From a virus (Duplodnaviria; Caudoviricetes), in the IMG/VR virus record IMGVR_UViG_3300001517_000002, positions 32,001 through 96,000 of that record: a stretch of DNA of 64,000 nt, one strand, 5' to 3'. Below, in pieces: positions 31,854 through 41,604 of the stretch. Within the stretch, counting starts at the first letter, position 1; the number at the start of each line of letters is the position of its first letter. The position numbers were made by a program, and so were the translations under genes. The notes below the pieces were generated by a model. The model was not told the origin of the DNA. It did not search any database and was given only the letters and a program-made list of their open reading frames with translations.

Positions 31854-32206
31854 ATAATGCGCACCTTTACATTGTACTGTAAACGGTATAATGCGCAATA
31901 TACAAGCACGAAAATCAAAGCGATACCTGTGCGCACAGACAACGCAATGCAAGAGATGCTTGAAAACTCTTTCCTTGAAAGACCTACCATGGTACGCTTG
32001 TAACAGAGGCGTGGTAGGTACATTAGTGCTCGTAAAGAGCTGAGTCTTATATAGTGCCAGTTAATGGCTCTGTTGTACCACAAATCTTGCTCATGTGACT
32101 TAACACAAGGTTACTGTCTGCGGTATACTTTAATAGCAAATACCAAGAAACTAAGCGCAACGCAAGCATTGAGCTTACAAAGAAGGTAAGTGCAATTCTT
32201 TTATAT
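31854..32206 (-). ncRNA. Candidate ~350-nt multi-stem structured RNA between two tRNAs
   Basis: No credible ORF or RBS; many local and long-range helices (see findings). Confidence 0.55.
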
Positions 32207-32282
32207 TGGCGGTCACGGCAAGACTCGAACTTGCGACCAACGGTTTAACAGACCGCTGCTCTACCAACTGAGCTACACAACC
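32207..32282 (-). tRNA. tRNA-Asn (GTT)
   Basis: GGTTGTG/CGTGACC acceptor, GCTC-AGTTGGTA-GAGC D-arm, GCGGT-CTGTTAA-ACCGT anticodon arm, TTCGAGT, CCA. Confidence 0.93.
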
Positions 32283-32362
32283 ATACGCCCCTTTGGGCGT
32301 ACAAGTATATTTTACTTGCCCTTGGTGGCAAGAACTATATCAAAGACCAGCTATTGCCAATC

Positions 32363-32779
32363 TTACAGTCTTATTTTCTCTTGTATCTGAAATGGGACGA
32401 AGCTTGATGCAATCGCATACTTCATTGCTGTCTCAGCAGCGGACTTCTCCACAAAATATACCGTATCAGCAAATGCGTTTTTATTGTCAGAATATTTCAC
32501 CGCTTCGCCTATCATTACACCGTCATCGTAAACGGCAACCATTATGTTCCCATCTCCGCTACGGGCTTCTGCAATTTCTTTATCAAATCTTGCACAACTA
32601 TCGTAATCAAAAGCAATTGTATTACCATTAATAGTTTTGCCATTCATACTTGCGGCAAACCCCTGATAATCCTGATAATTTATAATTACGCCAGAACAGC
32701 CGTTCTGCATTACAGATAACAAAAGGTCAGTTGTAAACTCATCATAATTTCCGTATGTTTTGTAAGAAGCATTTACCAC
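32363..32779 (-). CDS. Hypothetical protein
   Basis: 138 aa, AGGAGAG RBS, co-oriented. Confidence 0.6.
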   Translation of the reverse strand: MVNASYKTYGNYDEFTTDLLLSVMQNGCSGVIINYQDYQGFAASMNGKTINGNTIAFDYDSCARFDKEIAEARSGDGNIMVAVYDDGVMIGEAVKYSDNKNAFADTVYFVEKSAAETAMKYAIASSFVPFQIQEKIRL

Positions 32780-32792
32780 GAAAATCTCTCCT

Positions 32793-33993
32793 TTAATTCA
32801 AAATTATTTTATAGGTTTCGGTATGTCCATATATATCATCGAAACCATAAATCTTTACAGCACCCTTAGAGCCTTTAAATAAACTATCTGAATAAGGGTC
32901 ACTACCAATAAACGATGGGGCAACAATAACTTCACAGTCATATGTACAACCTTCTGCGACAATAGTTTCTTTACCACCATGCAAATGACCCATAAGCAAA
33001 AAATCTACATTCTGATTTGTTAAAGTTCTAATGTCCTGTAAAGCTGTAGATATATTTTTTATTTGATGACCATGCAACGCATATAAATCAAATCCAGTTA
33101 CATCAGTAATCTTGATATATTGAGTATTGTCGTTTGCCAAGTGAACATTTATTCTTGGATTGTTTGCAAGTATATCCTTGATATAATTACCAATAACATA
33201 TTCTAAATCTTCATCAGCAAGCTCAGAAGCCTTTGTTCCCAAAGGTCTTATTTGAGTATGATTAGCTGTTGGAACATGATAGTATGCAACATTTGTGTAT
33301 GCAGACAACTTGTTTAAGAACATAGCAATCAGTCTACTATAATTTACTACTGCCTTTACAACAGAAGTATCATTAAGTGCAAGGTCAGACATATGTATAA
33401 TACCTTGTATGCTGTCCCCCAAAGATGTTATTATAATCTTCTGTAATCCCCTTGAGGTCACAAATTCAATAAGTCTATCAGATAAATATTCTAATCTTAT
33501 CCCAAATTCTTCTGGAGAATAAGAATTGTTATGAGACTCGAATGTTGCACCATAATGTGTATCACTAATTGCAACCACATAAGTTAATGGGCGATTGCCA
33601 ATAGTGTCTATTTCATTTTTAAATGCAGGAACGGGGAGTGTTTGGATAGCATTGCCTATTTGTTCAAAATATAACTCTTGCCTTGCTTCATTTCTATCCA
33701 GACGATTGCGTTCCAAGTTGGCAGTTTGTAACTTCATTCTCTCCTTACGAAGTTCACGACTTTTAAGTTCTATCTCCCTGCAAACATCATCACTCGATGT
33801 GAATATATCCTTGCAAGCAGAATACATACGGTCAAAATACTGCCAAGTCTTTCTAAAGCAGCTTTCAGAATATGAAGTTCCAAAGCGTTTGTTTAACATC
33901 TCAGCAACTTCATTCCAGCTTTTATAAAGTTCTTTCTTTGAACAAACTTCATAAATAGTTCTAAGTTGCTCTTTGGTAAACTTGTCTTTTATA
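32793..33993 (-). CDS. Calcineurin-like metallophosphoesterase (SPbeta YonJ-like position)
   Basis: ISDTHYG, LGD, ANH, HGH, MGHLH motifs; frame stays open upstream of the track start (33899) to an ATA preceded by AAGGAGGA. Confidence 0.8.
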
Positions 33994-34008
33994 ACAACTC
34001 CTCCTTGG

Positions 34009-34194
34009 TTATCTCTCTACGGTATTTGAAACACTAATTGTTACATCAACACCATCAAAATGACTAAGCGTAGTTGCAAGTTCGATTGCCTGTCCATCTT
34101 CAAGTTCAACAGCAATCGTGTTACTATCTTCGCTAACACTCAGTATTCCTTTTATAGTTATTGTATTCTTTTCTACTATACTTGATTTCGCCAT
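34009..34194 (-). CDS. YonK-like small protein
   Basis: I.IKGIL...L..FDG..V.ISV pattern recalls SPbeta YonK; syntenic; start at MAKSS after AAGGAG. Confidence 0.6.
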   Translation of the reverse strand: MAKSSIVEKNTITIKGILSVSEDSNTIAVELEDGQAIELATTLSHFDGVDVTISVSNTVER

Positions 34195-34266
34195 TTTATA
34201 ATCTCCTTTTATGATTTCACACAAATCGCATTTTTTTAAATCATGATTTTCCACACAATCGCATTT

Positions 34267-35688
34267 TTATAAGCTAATTGCCGTTCCGCTATTAACACAT
34301 ATAACCTTTGTGCTTTTATTCTTCTTTGAATATTCATCCTGTAATTCCTTGCAGAACTTTTCCTTGTCATTGAAATTTGAATGAACAATCGCAATCTTAT
34401 TACAATCTATGTTAGAATAATACTCAAGCATTTGATTATGTTGTATGTGACTTGAAAAGCTATTTAATGTTGTGACATACGCTTTGTTAGGCACAACCTT
34501 GCCATCAATTGTAATAGTTTTTTGCATACTATTTTTTATCTTATCAGCAAGACTACCATCTGCGCTGTAACCACAAAATACAAAGTGATTCTTTGGGCTA
34601 CCTAAAAGTTTCTGCGCCCACGACACTGACCTTCCAGCAGACATCATACCGCTACTCGCCAATACAATACAGGACTCATTTGTTTCCTGTAACGCTTTGC
34701 TATCTGCATACTCACTGATAAAATGTACATTCTTCCAAATCATAACCTTTTCCCAAACGTGCATTTGTTTCTCGTTGACAATATGACACATCAATTTACA
34801 AATCTTAACCGCCATAGGTGAGTCAACATATATCTGGGTATTGAAGTTTTTGTCATTACCATATATCTCATATAGAACTGTAAGAATAGTTTGACATCTA
34901 TGATTTGCGAAAACAGGAAACAATACCTTACCACCCTTTTCGACAGTCTGTTCAATAACAGTCTTAATTTTGTCAATATCAATCTGTCTGTCTTTGGGCT
35001 TTATCTGTCTCTTAGGATTTGCGTATGTTGCTTCAGCAATTACTAAGTCCGCATTTAAAACAGGCTCTAATGGATGAACATAATAACAGGGGACAGAAGT
35101 GTTTCCTAAATCAGAAGTGTAATAAATCTTTTTGGTCACATTATTATGTGAAACCCATAGTTCAATATGAGCCGCATTTGTAATATGTCCGCTATGAGAA
35201 AAGCGTATTGTCACACAATCATCAATTACATTTTTTTCATTAAATGGTAGCTCTACCATTTTATCAAGTGTGGCTTGTACATCTTCCTCGGTGTATAAAG
35301 GCTCTACTGAATGACCTGTACGATTAAGAAACTCTGCGTCCTTATCACATATATGACAACAGTCCTCCATAAGAATACGCATAAGGTCAAAGTTGTCTTT
35401 GGGGATATATATACTGCCTGTAAATCCACGCTTTACAAGAAGGGGAAGAAGATTGCAATGGTCACTATGAGCATGACCAACAAACACAGCTTCAATATCC
35501 TTTGCTTTAAAATCAAACTTAGCAGAATTAATTTTGTATTCTTCCCATGTTGACTTAGATGACTGATGTAAACCGCACTCAAAAAGATACTGTTTGTCCG
35601 CTACTGTTAGTAATGTACGAGAGCCAGTAACCTCAGTTGCATTAGTACCACAAAAAGTTACTCGCATAGTATTTTTACTTTTTGCCAT
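34267..35688 (-). CDS. MBL-fold beta-CASP ribonuclease
   Basis: VTGS, HAHSDH, GH, EATY, ASSGM..AGR, FSSH motifs. Confidence 0.88.
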   Translation of the reverse strand: MAKSKNTMRVTFCGTNATEVTGSRTLLTVADKQYLFECGLHQSSKSTWEEYKINSAKFDFKAKDIEAVFVGHAHSDHCNLLPLLVKRGFTGSIYIPKDNFDLMRILMEDCCHICDKDAEFLNRTGHSVEPLYTEEDVQATLDKMVELPFNEKNVIDDCVTIRFSHSGHITNAAHIELWVSHNNVTKKIYYTSDLGNTSVPCYYVHPLEPVLNADLVIAEATYANPKRQIKPKDRQIDIDKIKTVIEQTVEKGGKVLFPVFANHRCQTILTVLYEIYGNDKNFNTQIYVDSPMAVKICKLMCHIVNEKQMHVWEKVMIWKNVHFISEYADSKALQETNESCIVLASSGMMSAGRSVSWAQKLLGSPKNHFVFCGYSADGSLADKIKNSMQKTITIDGKVVPNKAYVTTLNSFSSHIQHNQMLEYYSNIDCNKIAIVHSNFNDKEKFCKELQDEYSKKNKSTKVICVNSGTAISL

Positions 35689-35699
35689 GAGGTTTCACC

Positions 35700-36452
35700 T
35701 CAATTTTCATGGCACTCACAGTCGTTGCCACAGTCGCAAGACATATCACTCATAAAAGAGAATATTTCTTCTATTTCAACATCCTTGCCTATAATACCGT
35801 CAACCATATCCATTTCAACAAGGTCATCTGCAAAGAACCAAGTGTCATGTGGCATTATATCCGTAAGCTCCTTTACTGTAAACTTTGTTCTGGAGGCAAC
35901 CGCCTTATTATATCTCTCGGTAAGGCGAGGCGAGAATTTAGCCCAATCCTGTGCTTTGGTCGCAGTCATCAAGGGACAAGACTCATATCCATCATGAACC
36001 ATAAATACAGCATCGGGAACAGATACTCTTGTATGACAAACTGCATAAACTGCAAATGCCATTGAAGCACACACTCCAAGACATACACCAATAACGGGAG
36101 TAGTAGAGTTCTGAATAGTATTGACAAGTGCCATACCAATCATCGTGTCGCCACCACAACAATTAATAATAAGAGTTATAGGTTTCCTTTTGTTAATTGG
36201 CTTTTCATAATCTTCTCCATTTATCTTACATATCTGCATAATAATTGTACGAAGAATATCATCATTGACCTCACCATCAAGATAAAGGACTCTATCATAT
36301 CTATCTTCAATTTGAAGCCGTTCCTCAAGACCTATACTCATAATGGTCTGCATACCATGTTCAGCCGTTAGCTCACCATTGGCTGCTTCAAGTTCGTTAT
36401 TTGTTTCTTCTATTTTTGTTTCTGGCTTCTTTTTTGCCATAATCATTTCCAC
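35700..36452 (-). CDS. ClpP-like protease subunit
   Basis: PITLIINCCGG, CASMA (Ser), FMVHDG (His), DTWFFA. Confidence 0.8.
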   Translation of the reverse strand: MEMIMAKKKPETKIEETNNELEAANGELTAEHGMQTIMSIGLEERLQIEDRYDRVLYLDGEVNDDILRTIIMQICKINGEDYEKPINKRKPITLIINCCGGDTMIGMALVNTIQNSTTPVIGVCLGVCASMAFAVYAVCHTRVSVPDAVFMVHDGYESCPLMTATKAQDWAKFSPRLTERYNKAVASRTKFTVKELTDIMPHDTWFFADDLVEMDMVDGIIGKDVEIEEIFSFMSDMSCDCGNDCECHEN

Positions 36453-36501
36453 CTTTATAATTTGATACGGTTATCCAACCGCCCTTTGAAAACAAAGGAT
36501 A

Positions 36502-36705
36502 TTAACCAATTGCGCCGTAAGTTTCTTTTACAACTAAATTAGAATTAAACTCGTTTATAAGTTCAATTATGCTGGTATCTTCACAAGCGTAATAATTATG
36601 TCTTTTTGATTTCTGAGACATTGTTCGAGCAACAGGAAGTTCTACTCTGTTGTCATTAAGTTTTTTTCTTATGTACTCAGCCTGTGCTTTGGTAACTTTA
36701 ATCAT
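36502..36705 (-). CDS. Small hypothetical protein, first gene downstream of the RNAP
   Basis: MIKVTKAQAEYIR...KRHNYYACE; AAGGAG RBS. Confidence 0.55.
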   Translation of the reverse strand: MIKVTKAQAEYIRKKLNDNRVELPVARTMSQKSKRHNYYACEDTSIIELINEFNSNLVVKETYGAIG

Positions 36706-36809
36706 TTTTTTTATTTTGCTCCTTTTAATCATTTTTTACTTGAACCACCCATCGTCTAAAGTCAGTGGGATTGAGGCACTTTTCTTTTTCAAAAATATTT
36801 ATCACCCTA

Positions 36810-36838
36810 TTGACTTTAATATAATAGTGTGATATGAT
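36810..36838 (+). promoter_or_regulatory. SigA-type promoter convergent on the RNAP gene
   Basis: TTGACT-17-TATGAT with extended -10 TG. Confidence 0.5.
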
Positions 36839-37072
36839 ATAATGGGGTAATTTAAATCTCTTTATTATTATATATAAAAAAGAGAACAAGAGGGGAATGT
36901 CCCCTCCTGCCAGAGATTAATACATATCTCTCTGATTATACCCGTAACAGATTTACTCTCTCTGTCATAGGCAGGTTTTTCTTTTCAAAACAAAACAACG
37001 GTATATAGGCAAATACGGTACTTACAAAGTACAAAATGAATAGTCGTTTTGAAAGAAATTCCTGTTGACATA

Positions 37073-39934
37073 TCATTTTAACATACTTCGTTCTTTGATT
37101 TTTGCAATTCTAAGATATTCTCTACGCTCTTTCTTATAGCAGCAATCGCAAAGTTCACGCTTGGATTTTGAACCAACCCCAAACTCAGCTCCACAATTTA
37201 TACATATTCTTGTGGGTGTATATTTTACAGGGACATATTTTTCTTTTGCTTTTTCCCTCATATCTTCTCTATGGGTAACAAGAGTATATCTTTCCTGACA
37301 TTCTTTACATCTGCAAGTATTAGTTCCTTTGCGAACTATTATTTCTTCACCGCAATCAATACAATAACTTACATCTATCTCGCTATCAAAGTCTTTGGTC
37401 AAATGCTGATACATGGTGCTGCCGAACATTTCCCAAAACATTTGCTTCTTGCCTGTTGGATTACGATTAAATATTTCCTCTACAATGTTATCAACTATAT
37501 CGTGCCAATTGGTCACGCCTATTTCTTTGCAGCGAGAAAAGATTTTATTCCTTGCGCTGTTAATTACAAAGCGATAATCTTTTACAACATCATCTTGCTT
37601 TTTATCAAAACGTGAAGAATTAATAACATCCTTATAAATGTCAACTACCTTTGAATTAAATCTATTATCTGTCATAGGACTGCTAAGAAATCTCGTATAA
37701 TCAAATTGTGATTCAAAATTATATTTACCATATTGTATTCTCGGTATTTTAATAATCTTAGCAATATTATTGACTGGAGTATTTGTAAGTGTGTCTGTTT
37801 TTTCTTCTTCGTAGTTCTTTGCATACTCAAAAAACCTTGGCACTTTTACATTCAAATACTTGCTAATAATATAATTTATGTTTTTGGGGCGAGTAGGCAT
37901 ATACATAGTTTTGAAAAAATCAATCTGAAAATTGTTCTCTCCTACCAGAAGCTTAATAACTTTGATTTGTTCTTCGGTTAAACTCCAATCGTTATTTCTG
38001 CTTATATTCCAAATCTTAGTTATAGCATTGCTGTAATAACCTATGCTCTTGCTGTTAAATGCTATCTCCATACACTTGAAAAGATAATCGTTATTCACGG
38101 GAACGCTATCGCCCTTTTTCATTTCATAATATAAAGGACATATATTGAGTTTACTAATAACTCTTTTAGCAGCTTCAATAATTATCCTATCGCTACACAC
38201 AAACAAGTGGTCGCCATCCCAATCAAGTGCCATAATGCGTGACATAAAATCATGGGAGTTTGTGTATATTGCATTGGTCGTGAACCATTCTTGAATATTG
38301 TTTACTTCAACGCAATGTTCGCAATAAAGGTGTGGACTACGCAAACAGTCAAGCTCTATACCATTTTCAAACAACCTACAGCTTACTTCACCAGCCTTCA
38401 ACAAACCATCTGGGTTCTCTATACCCAAGAATAGGTGTTCGCAAAAAGCATATAAGTCAGGAACGGCAAATGTATAATTACTTTTTACTAAAAACTTTGC
38501 CGAGTACAAATCTCTAATCAAACTTTCTTTTTTTGATTTGAGTTGTTCTTTGATATATTTATCTTGTAGCATCTCAGGGTACTCGCAAAGACATTTCTGA
38601 AACGGAGATTTATTTTTATTATCTTTAGTTGCTCCAAAAACACCAAGAATATAATCCTTGTCAACTTCTTTATTTTTAGTAGAAATGCCGAGCTTTAAAA
38701 TTTCTTCAATGTTAGGCTGGGAAAGCTGGGCTATTTCATCATCCGAAAGACATCTTAATGTCTGCGCAAACTGGTAATTCAGTTTCCTAACATTATCAAA
38801 TTCTTCTTCTTCCTCATTGCCTATGCAAGCTTCGCAGCCATATGTTTTAAAACGGGTCTTATAATCTTCAAAATCGTGATAATACTTCCACATCTTAAAT
38901 TGGCTCTTTGTAAATATTATCTCAATATCTTCTTCAATGATATTATGTTCTTTGCCATATATGTCTTTAACGATAGGAGAACAGTCATTGATTTCAATAA
39001 ATCTTCTAAAATCAAATACTCCCATAAGCCCCTTAAACCAAGGCAACCTAATAACAAAATCTTTATTACTTACTCTTGGCAGCATCATTCCGCAACCATC
39101 ATTCTGCTCCATAGGAAGTGTTCTTACTCCATGCGTTATCTCATAAGTATCATAATTTATGTAATCCACTTCACCAGTTACTTCGTTTTGAAAATCATCT
39201 ACGACAATAGACTTGTCAATATTGAAGTTCTTCCAAGGCTTAGACATAGAGCTGCACAAAGAAACGTATGCAAGAAACTTAGCTGTATTGCAACCGCCCT
39301 TTGCATTTATTTCATTTATGTTTAATCCTGCTGTCAGTTTATTCCAATATTTGTCTTTAAGGTCTTTGCGTATAGCTACAAATTTTTTATCTTTGGTTTG
39401 TCCTGCTGAAGCTGTAAAGAACTCATATTCATGTCCATCGTACACAAAACCATTCTTAATAAGGGATTCCATAATACCTGTATAGTACACTCTAATAATA
39501 CATATCTCAGGATTAAATCTATTCTTGTTTAGTCCGAGGGTTCTTGTCAGAGTGCTATCACTTATAGTAACTTTCTTTCCGTTACTTATGGCAGTTTTGT
39601 TTCTATTTAGTATTTTCTCTTGAAGTAATTGCCGTTGAACATTTTTGTTTTGGTCAATGGCGGTTTTAAATTTTTCTTTTAGTGTTGCAAGTTCCCTTTG
39701 AATCTCTTGCACCCTTGGGAGGTTTTCTTCCTCCCAAAGAGCAATCTCGTTTGTATTAGTTTGAGTTTTTATGTCATTGATTTTTTTATATTTCGATTTT
39801 GGGCGTTTCTTCTCTATGAGATACTTCTCTATTTGAAGTTCCTCAATCTTTTCCCATAACTCTTTTTCGTCATTGTTGGGTAACACAAAATCTTGGGTGT
39901 CCACACCTAAAACATAAAACAATTTCTTATTCAA
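37073..39934 (-). CDS. yonO: YonO-like single-subunit DNA-dependent RNA polymerase (two-barrel)
   Basis: DGCGM, IRLPWFKG, LRSPHL and catalytic DWDGD motifs; upstream of late operon as in SPbeta; two C-terminal Cys4 clusters. Confidence 0.88.
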   Translation of the reverse strand: MNKKLFYVLGVDTQDFVLPNNDEKELWEKIEELQIEKYLIEKKRPKSKYKKINDIKTQTNTNEIALWEEENLPRVQEIQRELATLKEKFKTAIDQNKNVQRQLLQEKILNRNKTAISNGKKVTISDSTLTRTLGLNKNRFNPEICIIRVYYTGIMESLIKNGFVYDGHEYEFFTASAGQTKDKKFVAIRKDLKDKYWNKLTAGLNINEINAKGGCNTAKFLAYVSLCSSMSKPWKNFNIDKSIVVDDFQNEVTGEVDYINYDTYEITHGVRTLPMEQNDGCGMMLPRVSNKDFVIRLPWFKGLMGVFDFRRFIEINDCSPIVKDIYGKEHNIIEEDIEIIFTKSQFKMWKYYHDFEDYKTRFKTYGCEACIGNEEEEEFDNVRKLNYQFAQTLRCLSDDEIAQLSQPNIEEILKLGISTKNKEVDKDYILGVFGATKDNKNKSPFQKCLCEYPEMLQDKYIKEQLKSKKESLIRDLYSAKFLVKSNYTFAVPDLYAFCEHLFLGIENPDGLLKAGEVSCRLFENGIELDCLRSPHLYCEHCVEVNNIQEWFTTNAIYTNSHDFMSRIMALDWDGDHLFVCSDRIIIEAAKRVISKLNICPLYYEMKKGDSVPVNNDYLFKCMEIAFNSKSIGYYSNAITKIWNISRNNDWSLTEEQIKVIKLLVGENNFQIDFFKTMYMPTRPKNINYIISKYLNVKVPRFFEYAKNYEEEKTDTLTNTPVNNIAKIIKIPRIQYGKYNFESQFDYTRFLSSPMTDNRFNSKVVDIYKDVINSSRFDKKQDDVVKDYRFVINSARNKIFSRCKEIGVTNWHDIVDNIVEEIFNRNPTGKKQMFWEMFGSTMYQHLTKDFDSEIDVSYCIDCGEEIIVRKGTNTCRCKECQERYTLVTHREDMREKAKEKYVPVKYTPTRICINCGAEFGVGSKSKRELCDCCYKKERREYLRIAKIKERSMLK

Positions 39935-40245
39935 GTAATTTCCTCCAGTTTCTTGTCTGTTCTATCAAGAGCAATTTCGCTTTCAATGTCCTCGATTAAA
40001 AACTCCCTATCACAACAATAGCAGTAATTGACTTTTTTAATGCCAAGCAAAAAATCACATTCGGGGCATCTGTATACCGTTATTGCGGTAGCGTATTTAT
40101 TGTCCAATAAATATTTCTGTACCTCTGGAGCATTATTCCCAAAGTTTCTATATAGTGTACTTTGAAATATTCTGTCTCCCTTAGAGGTGATAGATATAAA
40201 TTCTCGTAACTCCATAACTATACCTCTGTCGATTCTAAATTCCAA
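39931..40245 (-). CDS. Zn-ribbon hypothetical protein
   Basis: CPEC...CYCC. Confidence 0.55.
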   Translation of the reverse strand: MEFRIDRGIVMELREFISITSKGDRIFQSTLYRNFGNNAPEVQKYLLDNKYATAITVYRCPECDFLLGIKKVNYCYCCDREFLIEDIESEIALDRTDKKLEEIT

Positions 40246-40559
40246 GGCTGTGAATACTGAAGCACATCATATAAATTGCTGTATGACCGAAAAGGTAACA
40301 CAAGCCCCGTCACCTTGTCTTTAAAAGCAAGATTATATTTACCCCAATTATTTTCATAAATGTAAGTAGCAATAAAACCATGTTTGTCTAAACACATTTC
40401 AGAGAGCAACGAAATCATATCGTCAATACCAAACCATTCCATAACCTTTTCAGAATCACCAATGACTTCTGAAACCTTGTCGTATAATTTATCTCTTTCG
40501 GTAGAGACTTCATAAATTTTCTTCATTGCTGTTATAAATGTAACTCTATCAATATTCAT
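40218..40559 (-). CDS. Hypothetical protein
   Basis: I..YIYE.NWG...LYD pattern; overlapping operon. Confidence 0.55.
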   Translation of the reverse strand: MNIDRVTFITAMKKIYEVSTERDKLYDKVSEVIGDSEKVMEWFGIDDMISLLSEMCLDKHGFIATYIYENNWGKYNLAFKDKVTGLVLPFRSYSNLYDVLQYSQPWNLESTEV

Positions 40560-41217
40560 TTGTTTTTACTCCCTTCAACCATAGCATTGCCATGTTATCT
40601 GTAATTTTACTTAAATCGTTATCCTTAATATTATAGTGCTTTAAAATTTCTTTGAAAGCAGAACCATGTTTATCGCCTTTATTAAGAACCTTTTTTAAAG
40701 TTTCAAATGTCAATTGCAATAGCCCCCTGTCATATAATCTAAATAGTTCCTGAGTTAATTTCAGTCCGTCAGGTGTTTCATAAACTGTGCGATATTTTGA
40801 CCAACTCTTTCTATCTGGAACTGAATAACATTTGTATCTCCATTTAAGAGAACCATCTTCATTGATAAAAGTATTATTATAAAAATCTGAACCCAACACA
40901 CAATACATTACATCTGTGTTTCCATCAACATTAAGTCCAACACAAGTTAATTCTCCATAAGGTCTAATTTGCTCTTTGACCTTATCCCAATGATTATACA
41001 GCCACGGCACTTTCTTTTCATCTGGTTCAAAGTCAGCACAGGTGTTTATATCAAAACACCCACAATCGTATGATTTGAAAATCTTTTTGGCAAATCTTAA
41101 ATGCTTGTGGTCTAATCTTTTACAGATAGATTTAACACCGTCCATATCAGCATTAACCTTAAACCATTTACAATGACCACATTCAATTCTGCACCATTCT
41201 TCACAATTGGTATTCAT
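40549..41217 (-). CDS. Cys-rich hypothetical protein
   Basis: CGHCKWF...C. Confidence 0.55.
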   Translation of the reverse strand: MNTNCEEWCRIECGHCKWFKVNADMDGVKSICKRLDHKHLRFAKKIFKSYDCGCFDINTCADFEPDEKKVPWLYNHWDKVKEQIRPYGELTCVGLNVDGNTDVMYCVLGSDFYNNTFINEDGSLKWRYKCYSVPDRKSWSKYRTVYETPDGLKLTQELFRLYDRGLLQLTFETLKKVLNKGDKHGSAFKEILKHYNIKDNDLSKITDNMAMLWLKGVKTNEY

Positions 41218-41349
41218 ATGTTATTGTCCTTTCAAACATTTTGTTTTTTCTCACTTCTTGCTTTTTTAATTTCTTCAAGAGTTAATGTTCTGCAATCCTT
41301 ACCAGTACGCATGACTGACAATGGACATGACAAACAATGTGATTGCTGA

Positions 41350-41604
41350 CTACATATCTGTTCTCGTGTCATTGGTTCTCCTTTCGTAATAAGCGTAAGC
41401 ATCATGTATGTTTTGTGTGGTAAGTTCCCACTTGTCGTTTATCCAAACGTGATATACAGGTGTAGTCCAATTATAGCAAGGTACACCATTACCTATTCTT
41501 GTCTTGGTCATATATAACCCTGTTGTATCATTACTGCTTTCGAGTTGATATAAACATTGGGTTTTATTATCAAAGGTAGAAGCCCACTGTTCTAAATTAG
41601 TCAT
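41350..41604 (-). CDS. Hypothetical protein
   Basis: AAGGAGG RBS; coupled to upstream gene. Confidence 0.55.
   Translation of the reverse strand: MTNLEQWASTFDNKTQCLYQLESSNDTTGLYMTKTRIGNGVPCYNWTTPVYHVWINDKWELTTQNIHDAYAYYERRTNDTRTDM

Noticed and set aside
31854-32206. tmRNA or RNase P RNA; ORFs 31832-32083 and 31776-32003
   Set aside because: No tRNA-Ala-like ends or tag frame and no GAGGAAAGUC core; the ORFs overlap tRNA-Glu and lack an RBS
31700-32206. HDV-like theta ribozymes at the tRNA 3' ends
   Set aside because: Sequences after both CCAs are AT-rich and I could not build the nested double pseudoknot
293-39485. Many plus-strand ORFs opposite the late genes and minus-strand ORFs opposite the early genes in the ORF track
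   Set aside because: Antisense or alternative-frame shadows of longer, motif-bearing genes; no RBS and atypical composition
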